IMG/VR virus record: IMGVR_UViG_3300017818_000007
Coordinates: 64,001 to 128,000 of that record
Direction: 5' to 3' (one strand)
Length of the DNA stretch: 64,000 nt
From: a virus
Of the stretch, positions 1 to 7,736 are shown piece by piece. The position numbers and the translations under genes are program-made. A model generated the notes under the pieces. That model was not told where the DNA came from, searched no databases, and worked only from the letters and a program-made list of their open reading frames with translations. Each line of letters begins with the position of its first letter. The first letter of the stretch is position 1.

Positions 1-1583
1 TCTACGTGAATAATTGCCGGAATTTTTTGTTCAACTCCTTCTTGGCAATTTACAGCATACATCATACTAGGCGAACTCTCCATGCCACGTAAATCAAACC
101 ATTCGTGTACATCTTCTTCAAGAATTGTACCAGCAAATGGACGGAAATATTCTCTGCGTTTTACTTGATTAACGTGATCTTTACCTTCAGGATCGCGTGG
201 ATCATAAAGAATACTTCTATTACCTAATGCTCTAGGACCATTTTCTGAACGTCCTTGGAACATTGAAACAATATTTTTATCTGTAATTAAATCAATTACT
301 GTTTCGTGTGTAGCATCACTAACTTCTGCTTCATATTCTTCTGCAAGTTTAGAAATATCTTCATTGGTGTATTCGTATTTAGGACCAAGATAAAGTTTGT
401 GTGTAATAGGAGAAACTGTATTGTCCTGTGTAATACTTCTATGAATAAACATTGCCGCACCCATTGCAGTACCTGCATCGTTTGAAACAGGCTCAACATA
501 AATGTTAATTCCTTCATCTTTTAATGCATCTAAGTAGTGATAGTTTGCAACACAATTGAGTGCATAACCTCCTGAAATAACAATATTCTTTTCACCTGTC
601 ATTTCAACAGCACGTCTAATTAGATTAACAACTTGATCTTGTGTTTGTGTTTGCACAGCATAAGCCATATCTCTACGGTTTGTTAAATATGTTCTATCTG
701 CCATATTAGATTGTGATTTTTGCATATCAATATCTTCTTCTAAGAAATCGTATGCAAGTCTATTAACCATTGCGCCATTTGGATAGTTAGGAATAATCAA
801 CTGTCTATTAACAGTTGGATGTTTACCTTCATTACTAAACAATGGTGGAATTTTATCATTCTCTTTACCATATGGAAATAGTCCCATAGTCTTACCTGCT
901 TCAATAGAACTAAATCCGCAATATTCTGTGACTGCTTCATAAGATTTAGTAATACCTGCTCCGTCAGTAATTACACAAGTATGTGTACCATCTTCGTTGT
1001 ACATTGAACTATCAAAGTTTGGATTTACTAAGTGTACACTAGGTTGTTGTACACCAATATGTTTCCAAATAGTTTTAAAGTTTCCTGGGTAGTCACAAGT
1101 AAAAATACTTTCAGTTTCCCAACCCATAATCATTTCGCCATTAAAGTTTAATGGAATGAAAGTGCCAGCACCGTCAACTACGACTGCTGTTGCTTTTTCA
1201 AAACCTGAACGATAAAACGCCAGTGCCGCGTGTAGTTTGTGGTGAACAAAACTCATGTCAATAACTTGACTATGCTCATATGGGTTATCTTTTCTATTGA
1301 TTAAACCAATTTTTCTTGCAAGACCTGTATAAACATCGTCACCTGTATAATCAACTTTAGGTGCTGTTTCTTTTAGATTTTGCGTATGAGCAACTACAAG
1401 ATAGTCAATTTTATCTGTATACTCTTTAATTTTAATCATTGAGGCAAAAGGGCCGCCGTCATACTTTTGTCTAGAAAGTCTTTCTTCTTCTACAGAAAAA
1501 ACTACTTCTCCGTCTTTTAACAAGCATACACCAGAATTATGACCTCTGGCAATACCTGCAATCCATACTGGTTTCTTACTCAT
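1..1583 (-). CDS. Carbamoyltransferase (NodU/CmcH family), 3' end runs off the window start
   Basis: Not in the ORF track because it has no stop in the window. Translated by hand from ATG at 1583: MSKKPVWIAGIARGHNSGVCLLKDGEVVFSVEEERLSRQKYDGG... and near the window edge GRSENGPRALGNRSI...KRREYFRPFAG...PAIIHVD, typical NodU N- and C-terminal motifs. Start overlaps the upstream stop (TAATG). Confidence 0.9.
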   Translation of the reverse strand, partial: MSKKPVWIAGIARGHNSGVCLLKDGEVVFSVEEERLSRQKYDGGPFASMIKIKEYTDKIDYLVVAHTQNLKETAPKVDYTGDDVYTGLARKIGLINRKDNPYEHSQVIDMSFVHHKLHAALAFYRSGFEKATAVVVDGAGTFIPLNFNGEMIMGWETESIFTCDYPGNFKTIWKHIGVQQPSVHLVNPNFDSSMYNEDGTHTCVITDGAGITKSYEAVTEYCGFSSIEAGKTMGLFPYGKENDKIPPLFSNEGKHPTVNRQLIIPNYPNGAMVNRLAYDFLEEDIDMQKSQSNMADRTYLTNRRDMAYAVQTQTQDQVVNLIRRAVEMTGEKNIVISGGYALNCVANYHYLDALKDEGINIYVEPVSNDAGTAMGAAMFIHRSITQDNTVSPITHKLYLGPKYEYTNEDISKLAEEYEAEVSDATHETVIDLITDKNIVSMFQGRSENGPRALGNRSILYDPRDPEGKDHVNQVKRREYFRPFAGTILEEDVHEWFDLRGMESSPSMMYAVNCQEGVEQKIPAIIHV

Positions 1584-2779
1584 TATTTCTCCTTGGTAGC
1601 ACTTGGATTAAATTTAGGTGGTACAACACCAAACTGTGAACTCATTGCAGTTGATGCCGCCATTGCTTCATTCATAGCCTGCGGAGGAGCCATCATTGGC
1701 ATACCTTGCTGTGGCATATGATGTTGATGTCCGTGTTCGTGTACTACGCCATGCACAGGACAAACTTCACCTTGCTGTTGCTGGCCTTCACCTTGCAACT
1801 GTGCTTTCATTTTAATTTCTGTTTGTTTTGCTGGATATTTTTTAAGTCCATTTTGTACACTCTTAACAACTTCTTCAACTCGTGCTTCAGACATCTTCAT
1901 AATACCGTCATTGATTCTGTCGCACATTTCGTCAGGTGTAATTCTAATAGGAGCATATTCTCTTTCTTTTTCACCTAGATCAATAATATCAAACTTTTTA
2001 TGGTTAACGTGTGAAATGTTAATAGGATATGTACTTCCTGTAATTACTGTTGCTGGTGTATCAGTAGCATGGGCAATATGTTGTCCAACACTATCACAAC
2101 CAATAAAATAATCACAGCCTTTGATTAGACCTGCCCATTGTCTTAGTGTAATTCCTTGCGGAATTGGAACCGGGACTTCGATTTTCGCAACACTAAAATC
2201 AATAGGCATTTCGGCCATAACCATCACTGCGTGATTCTTTTTCTGTAATTTTTTAATTAGATTGACTAGATCTTCATATTCAATACTTCTTGATGTGCTA
2301 TCATTAAACACACCATCTCTATAACTAACACCTCTACCAAATGGTTGAATAATAATTACTTTTTCTTTTCCTGTAATTTGTCTTACTTCATTAAGTGTAA
2401 TTTCACCATTAAGAACTTCTTCTCGATTTAACTTAATTGTAGGTATTGATAGTTCTCTTGGTTCATCAAGATTATTAATAATCATATCAAAGGCTTGTCC
2501 TAAACTTGCCTTTTGATTATAATAATACCAATTTCTGTATGGTTCTGGACTTACACAATTTCTATCTTTGATCTTGTCATTGAATAAGTGTTTGTGCCAC
2601 AAATCGTATGCACGTTTGTCTAAGTCCGGGTGTCCTTTGTAAAATTCAGTACCACCCTCACAAACGATAATAAAATCATCGTCTGGATTTGCTTCTCTAA
2701 ATTTTTCCAATGCTGGAATAGAAGCAATTACACGGCCAGCGCCACCGTTAATAAAAAATGCTGTTGATCTAGTCGTCAT
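1583..2779 (-). CDS. Glycosyltransferase family 9-like (heptosyltransferase fold) protein with low-complexity C-terminal tail
   Basis: 398 aa; N-terminal GGAGRVIASIPALE resembles the GT9 G-x-G-D..P-x-L motif; QWAGLIKGCDYFIGCDSVGQHIAHA matches the GT9 G-x-D-S-G-x-x-H-x-A-x-A motif. Confidence 0.7.
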   Translation of the reverse strand: MTTRSTAFFINGGAGRVIASIPALEKFREANPDDDFIIVCEGGTEFYKGHPDLDKRAYDLWHKHLFNDKIKDRNCVSPEPYRNWYYYNQKASLGQAFDMIINNLDEPRELSIPTIKLNREEVLNGEITLNEVRQITGKEKVIIIQPFGRGVSYRDGVFNDSTSRSIEYEDLVNLIKKLQKKNHAVMVMAEMPIDFSVAKIEVPVPIPQGITLRQWAGLIKGCDYFIGCDSVGQHIAHATDTPATVITGSTYPINISHVNHKKFDIIDLGEKEREYAPIRITPDEMCDRINDGIMKMSEARVEEVVKSVQNGLKKYPAKQTEIKMKAQLQGEGQQQQGEVCPVHGVVHEHGHQHHMPQQGMPMMAPPQAMNEAMAASTAMSSQFGVVPPKFNPSATKEK

Positions 2780-2853
2780 TTAAGCCCCTTGTAAATTACT
2801 ATTCGTACGAATATTTACCGGGCATATTTTTTAGTGGATTAGAAAGTGGTTAG

Positions 2854-3612
2854 TTAAAACTTACGTTCTGGATCGTTTGCTTCGTCACGCTCAAAAGGAT
2901 TACCTTCTAGGATATCACCTCTTGGGTTATCTGGAAAAGGCACCATCCATGGATCCCATTCATCTACAGGAAACTTGTTGCGTAGATTCTTAAGTTCTGC
3001 AATGTGATCAACTACCTTTTGTCTGTGTTCTGCATTAGCAGGATCTGACAGGCTTTCATCATTAATTAATTCTTGTTCACAATGCCAAACTAGATTATCG
3101 CGGGTTTGTAAGAATAATTCTTCGTTCATTGAAGGTTTTTCCCACGGAAATGGTTTAACAAATTCTTTTTTATCAAAATCGTATTTGATTTCATCTTGAG
3201 CATATGCTTCATTTGGAATAAGAGGTTCTGATTTCCAATAGTATACAGTATCATCGCCATCAATTTTCCATGTTTTACAAGGATAATTTGCTTCATCCCC
3301 CATGTCCATCCAACATAATGTTGCCAACAAAGGTTCTTTAGTAGCGTCAACTAAAATAGCATCGTGTCCTTGTCCTGCCCAACGTTCAATTTCTTCTTCT
3401 TGACTTTTGTTCTCAGGATCATATGCAAAAGCATCCATGCCCACTTCAAGCAATGATGTTTCTTTGTTAATAAATACCCAAATTTTTTCAGGGCCTTCGT
3501 ATGTAAATGTTCCAGTCTTACCTAAGTCATTAGTTTGATATCCAAACTTATCAGGAACATCATATGTAAATTCAACTTTTACTTTAGGTAGCCATGATGG
3601 ATGTTCGCTCAT
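2854..3612 (-). CDS. Hypothetical protein, paralogue of 3612..4343; possible tail-fibre assembly chaperone
   Basis: 252 aa; aligns by eye along its length with the neighbour (FTYDVPDKFGYQTNDLG / FEYDIPDKYLYQTNELG; WDPWMVPFPDNPR / WDPWMVPFPDDPR). The chaperone role is inferred from position and the helical C-terminus. Confidence 0.6.
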   Translation of the reverse strand: MSEHPSWLPKVKVEFTYDVPDKFGYQTNDLGKTGTFTYEGPEKIWVFINKETSLLEVGMDAFAYDPENKSQEEEIERWAGQGHDAILVDATKEPLLATLCWMDMGDEANYPCKTWKIDGDDTVYYWKSEPLIPNEAYAQDEIKYDFDKKEFVKPFPWEKPSMNEELFLQTRDNLVWHCEQELINDESLSDPANAEHRQKVVDHIAELKNLRNKFPVDEWDPWMVPFPDNPRGDILEGNPFERDEANDPERKF

Positions 3613-4343
3613 TATCTATCCTCCTCAGGTACAACACTGTTTTCTGTTGTATCAACTCTTGGATCATCTGGAAATGGAACCATCCATGGATCCCAATGTG
3701 TTGATGGAAATTTTTCTTCAAGTCCATTTAACTCATCAATGTAGTCATTTAAATCAGCAATAACATCGTCAAATTCACCATCAGCATTATCACGTGTTAA
3801 ATCAGTAATACTTGATTGTGCTGAAGCAATAATTGCATCTTTACCGCTCCATAATTCATCCCATGTCATGTGCGGTTTTTTCCACGGATATGGTTTATTG
3901 AATACTTTATTAATTGGATCATAAGTAATTTCTCCAATTTCGTATGTATGATCTGGAGTAGGATTAGCCGCTCTTGAATAGTATACTGTTGTATCACTAG
4001 CATCTTGTTGTTCTCTAGTAAATTCTACTTGAGGATAATCTGCTTGATCAATGTTCATACTAAATGCAGAAGCAAGTACAGGATCTGTTTTTGCATCTAC
4101 TAATACTGCATAAGCGCCGGCTCCGGCTTGTAATTCTTGTTGTTCTTGTGTGTTTGGATCACCGTCATCTGCAATCCAGCCATTTTCTGGCATAACTCTA
4201 TTTGTTTCTGAATTGCAAACAATCCATAACTTTGCCGGACCAGTATAGGTAAAAGTAGTAGTCAAACCCAACTCGTTTGTTTGATACAAATACTTGTCTG
4301 GAATATCATATTCAAATGTAAATGTAATTTCTTTAACTGCCAT
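3612..4343 (-). CDS. Hypothetical protein, paralogue of 2854..3612; possible tail-fibre assembly chaperone
   Basis: 243 aa; same shared motifs; TAATG stop/start overlap with the downstream paralogue. Confidence 0.6.
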   Translation of the reverse strand: MAVKEITFTFEYDIPDKYLYQTNELGLTTTFTYTGPAKLWIVCNSETNRVMPENGWIADDGDPNTQEQQELQAGAGAYAVLVDAKTDPVLASAFSMNIDQADYPQVEFTREQQDASDTTVYYSRAANPTPDHTYEIGEITYDPINKVFNKPYPWKKPHMTWDELWSGKDAIIASAQSSITDLTRDNADGEFDDVIADLNDYIDELNGLEEKFPSTHWDPWMVPFPDDPRVDTTENSVVPEEDR

Positions 4344-4363
4344 TTTCTATCCTATATCTTTAA

Positions 4364-5212
4364 TTATGATGTATACCATGTAATTCTAATCATTCCTGGA
4401 GTTCCATATGAACCACAGTGACATCCGCCTGACCATCTTACGTAAGTTGCTCCACCTTGTCCTGGAACATACTGTGAGTGTAGTCTAGCAAAACCTGTAT
4501 AGTCTGCCGCCGCACAGTTAACAAATGTACTAAAGCCTCTATCGCCGCCTTGTACACCAACTGTACCACCGCACTTGTTAAATAATCCGCCTGGATATGG
4601 GAAGTGAATCTTGTGACAGCAATGTCCGCCACAGGCTCTGTGTTGCATCCATCCACGTACACCACATACCATAAAGTCACCACCACTTGCTTCAGCAGGG
4701 TTATCGTTAATACAACAATTACAGTTCCAAGCACGGCAACAGCAATAACCTGTCACATAACATCCGCAACCTGGGAAACAGAATGAACAGCCTGGTTTAC
4801 CACCACCTGCACACATATTAACATTACAACCACTAATTCTTGAACGGCATCCTCTAAATCCATTTCTACCGTTGTGACAACAACTTTGTTGTCCTAAACA
4901 TAAATCATAACACCATCCCTGTGATACTGAAATAGTTTTACGTGCATAAGCACCGCCACCACCTGGTGCACCATTCATACAACAACAAGATACACCACCT
5001 CCGCCTCCGCCTCCGAAGGTTTCAAATGTTGCTCTTACTGCATCTGCAGGAACAATAAATGCAAAACAACAATCAAACTGATAGTTATCGTGTGCATTGT
5101 CGCCGTTAAAGCAGTGTCTTTTGTATATAAATGTACATCCATTAGGCAAATCTGTGACTGACTGTCCTTGATTTAACTTTAATTCGCTTACATATGAACT
5201 TAGTGTTGCCAT
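4364..5212 (-). CDS. Cys/Gly-rich virion-associated protein (paralogue 1 of 3)
   Basis: 282 aa, about 32 Cys counted by hand; FGGGGGGG..CCC..GAPGGGGAYARK core and C-terminal G.PGMIRITW of phage glycine-rich fibre domains. Confidence 0.7.
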   Translation of the reverse strand: MATLSSYVSELKLNQGQSVTDLPNGCTFIYKRHCFNGDNAHDNYQFDCCFAFIVPADAVRATFETFGGGGGGGVSCCCMNGAPGGGGAYARKTISVSQGWCYDLCLGQQSCCHNGRNGFRGCRSRISGCNVNMCAGGGKPGCSFCFPGCGCYVTGYCCCRAWNCNCCINDNPAEASGGDFMVCGVRGWMQHRACGGHCCHKIHFPYPGGLFNKCGGTVGVQGGDRGFSTFVNCAAADYTGFARLHSQYVPGQGGATYVRWSGGCHCGSYGTPGMIRITWYTS

Positions 5213-5217
5213 GTTAA

Positions 5218-5223
5218 TATTTA
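5218..5223 (-). promoter_or_regulatory. T4-type late promoter core TAAATA, 5 nt before ATG 5212
   Basis: Minus strand TAAATA TTAAC ATG; gp55-like sigma factor present in the window. Confidence 0.55.
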
Positions 5224-5227
5224 CCCC

Positions 5228-6088
5228 TTATGTTGTACAATCATTATAAGTTATTCTTACCATACCTGCAGTACCAGGGAAGCCATAACAGCATCCGTCA
5301 CCACAAGCAGTAGCAGTTGGTCCACCTAATCCTGGAGTCCAACCAGATGTTCTACCAGTTGTCCATTGTCCAATAACCGGATTACATCTTGCCCATTCCT
5401 GATTACAAGCATTACCGTTATTTTGTGTACTTGTAAATCCGCCTGTCATGTTGTTTAATCCGCCTGGATAATGATATAAAATTTTCCACCAACACGCACC
5501 ACAAGTACATTGTGCCCATGTAGCACTTGGTCTTCCTGGTGATCCACCGTCAGCACCGTAATAACATCTGCAACACAAACAACACATTCTATCTGTGTAA
5601 TAGTATCCGCAGTTATTACCTAAACAGTTAAATGCACCCCAGTGTACAAAACAGCACGACTGACCGCCATTACCGCCGTCTGCACAGAAATTAGTTAATC
5701 CGTTTCCTGTGATATAACCTTTACATCCTAAAATTCCGCAACAGCATTGGGCACAACAAGTAGCAGGTCCTGGATAAAGATTATAACAATCACCCGGACT
5801 AAAATCTCCGTCACCTGAATTTAAACATTTATATGCCCATGCACCTGAACCGCCTGGAGGTCCGCCTGAACATCCACACGAGCCGCCACCTGAGCCACCG
5901 CCGCCCCATACTTCCATTTTTAGACAGGTCATGCCTTGTGGTACACACCAGTAAAGCATACACGTATCACCGTATGACGAATCACAATAACAAGTACAGA
6001 AAGGTCTGAATGTCATTGTACATTGTTTTTCCATCGGCTTTAAATCTTCTACGGATACTGAGCCAATTAATGATCTTAAAGTTGCCAT
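5228..6088 (-). CDS. Cys/Gly-rich virion-associated protein (paralogue 2 of 3)
   Basis: 286 aa, about 36 Cys; EVWGGGGSGG..GGSGAWAYK, NFCADGG, C-terminal GTAGMVRITY. Confidence 0.7.
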   Translation of the reverse strand: MATLRSLIGSVSVEDLKPMEKQCTMTFRPFCTCYCDSSYGDTCMLYWCVPQGMTCLKMEVWGGGGSGGGSCGCSGGPPGGSGAWAYKCLNSGDGDFSPGDCYNLYPGPATCCAQCCCGILGCKGYITGNGLTNFCADGGNGGQSCCFVHWGAFNCLGNNCGYYYTDRMCCLCCRCYYGADGGSPGRPSATWAQCTCGACWWKILYHYPGGLNNMTGGFTSTQNNGNACNQEWARCNPVIGQWTTGRTSGWTPGLGGPTATACGDGCCYGFPGTAGMVRITYNDCTT

Positions 6089-6100
6089 TCCATTCCTTCC

Positions 6101-7000
6101 TTACGTTAAGTTAATCCTTACAAAGCCTGGTCCGCCTGGGCCACCGCAATAACAGTTGCCACCTTGTGCAGATCCTGAAGAACCACCTTTACCTGGTGCC
6201 GCGTGGTGATCATCACCAGCACCCATTAATCCTCGTCCTGTTGCACAACCTGCAAATGAACCATGGTGGTTATATGCACAGAATCTAATAAAGTCATATC
6301 TATATCCGCACTGGTCAAGCATTCCTGGTAGAATGTTTAAGTGCTTATACCAACAAGCGTTGCTATCTTTTTGATGTGTTTGTATTCCGCCTAATCTTCC
6401 TGGGAAGCCGAAGTCAGCGTCGAACCAACAAGCACAACAATTTTCATATCTTGGATCCATAAATGTACCACAACCGCTTGTACCGCAAGAACATTGGCTA
6501 TCTAAACATTCAAACATAAAGCATTTAGAATCGCCTGGTTGTCCGCCTTCTGCACAGAAGTTAGTCACTGCTGTAAGTTGATCGTTTCTTGTCATGTATC
6601 CATTATTAATGTAGGTTTTACAACCTCTGTATCCACAGTCTCTATTTGGTGAACAACAAGCCGGTGGAGCAATACAAATTCTATATTCTGTCTTACAACT
6701 CTGTACATTAATACAATCTAATCTAGCATAAGCACCTGATCCAGCACCAAAGCCCCACATACAGCAACAGACGCCAGCACCGCCTCCGCCGCCGCCCCAC
6801 ATTTCAATTCTTAAAAAACGAATGTCAGGTTCAGGTGTCCAGCAAAACTCGTGTTTACATTCATCTCTAGCATGAGTGATTCCACAAGTTGTAGCAAATG
6901 CAACAGTACAATCGTCGTATTTCCACTTAGGCATCGACGGATTATCAGTATCGAAATCCTCTTTTAATGCTTTGTCTAGTAAACTTTTTAAGTTTGCCAT
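6101..7000 (-). CDS. Cys/Gly-rich virion-associated protein (paralogue 3 of 3)
   Basis: 299 aa, about 29 Cys; EMWGGGGGGAGVCCC..GAGSGAYAR, NFCAEGG, C-terminal GGPGFVRINL. Confidence 0.7.
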   Translation of the reverse strand: MANLKSLLDKALKEDFDTDNPSMPKWKYDDCTVAFATTCGITHARDECKHEFCWTPEPDIRFLRIEMWGGGGGGAGVCCCMWGFGAGSGAYARLDCINVQSCKTEYRICIAPPACCSPNRDCGYRGCKTYINNGYMTRNDQLTAVTNFCAEGGQPGDSKCFMFECLDSQCSCGTSGCGTFMDPRYENCCACWFDADFGFPGRLGGIQTHQKDSNACWYKHLNILPGMLDQCGYRYDFIRFCAYNHHGSFAGCATGRGLMGAGDDHHAAPGKGGSSGSAQGGNCYCGGPGGPGFVRINLT

Positions 7001-7035
7001 TTAAATCCCCTATACGTTAATCACAAGTCTAAGTA

Positions 7036-7368
7036 TTATGATGATAACAATACCCAACCATAGTTTGCACCAGAGTACATAATTGTCACAACAGCGTTGT
7101 TAATGTTCAAAGTCAAATCTTCTGTTAAGTTTTGAATTTTTGAACCATTACGAGCGATTGTACAGTTGTTTGTACCAAATGAACCAGTGACATCAACTAT
7201 TTGAATAGTATCACCTTTAACTAAACTTGCGTTAGCCGGTAAAGTAATGGTAAATGCCGCACCGCTTGTATCTGCTAAAATACGGTCATTAACTCTTGCA
7301 GTTAACGCTCCGCTTGCTTCAACAATTACTGCACCGCTTGTACCAGTAGTTGTAATGTATCTTCCCAT
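7036..7368 (-). CDS. Small tail-fibre-associated beta-sandwich protein
   Basis: 110 aa; DTSGAAFTITLPA...GDTIQIVDVTGSFGTNNCTIARNGSKIQNLTEDLTLN...YSG.NYGW, a module commonly seen in myophage fibre proteins. Confidence 0.65.
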   Translation of the reverse strand: MGRYITTTGTSGAVIVEASGALTARVNDRILADTSGAAFTITLPANASLVKGDTIQIVDVTGSFGTNNCTIARNGSKIQNLTEDLTLNINNAVVTIMYSGANYGWVLLSS

Positions 7369-7400
7369 TGTAGTTTCCTTTTTCTAATTGTATTTAGCCA

Positions 7401-7718
7401 TTACGCCGCAGTTTCAATACCCATCACTACTACGGATGTCGCATCCGCACTTGAGTATGCTACGATCTTCTTACCTGCATCTAGCACTAAACCTGTTCTT
7501 TCTAGAACTCCTTTTGCCATGATCTCAGTGTCATATTCTACCCACTCAGCATCTGTTGGCGTATCTGCCGATGCAACCGCAAGTCTTAGTGACGCGGCTG
7601 TGTTAGATCTATTACAAAAAGATACCGTGACAACGGCATATGTGCTGGCAGGAACAGTGTAAGCAGTGGTATTAACACCTGCCGCTAACGAGTTTGCACC
7701 TAATCTTCCTGTTGCCAT
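7401..7718 (-). CDS. Small virion protein (family shared with 21244..21573 and 25909..26253)
   Basis: 105 aa; YTVPA...FCNR...GVLERTGLVLDAGKKI pattern; lies directly downstream of the 2170-aa fibre. Confidence 0.65.
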   Translation of the reverse strand: MATGRLGANSLAAGVNTTAYTVPASTYAVVTVSFCNRSNTAASLRLAVASADTPTDAEWVEYDTEIMAKGVLERTGLVLDAGKKIVAYSSADATSVVVMGIETAA

Positions 7719-7736
7719 TGTTTTTTTCTCCTTTGT

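Noticed and set aside
296-2111. Short ORFs 296..517, 1539..1721, 1706..1978 and 1911..2111
   Set aside because: They overlap the carbamoyltransferase and glycosyltransferase genes in other frames.
4364-7000. Selenoprotein, RiPP precursor or recoded genetic code for the Cys-rich genes
   Set aside because: No in-frame TGA, the proteins are too long and domain-like for RiPP precursors, and all long ORFs read through cleanly in the standard bacterial code.
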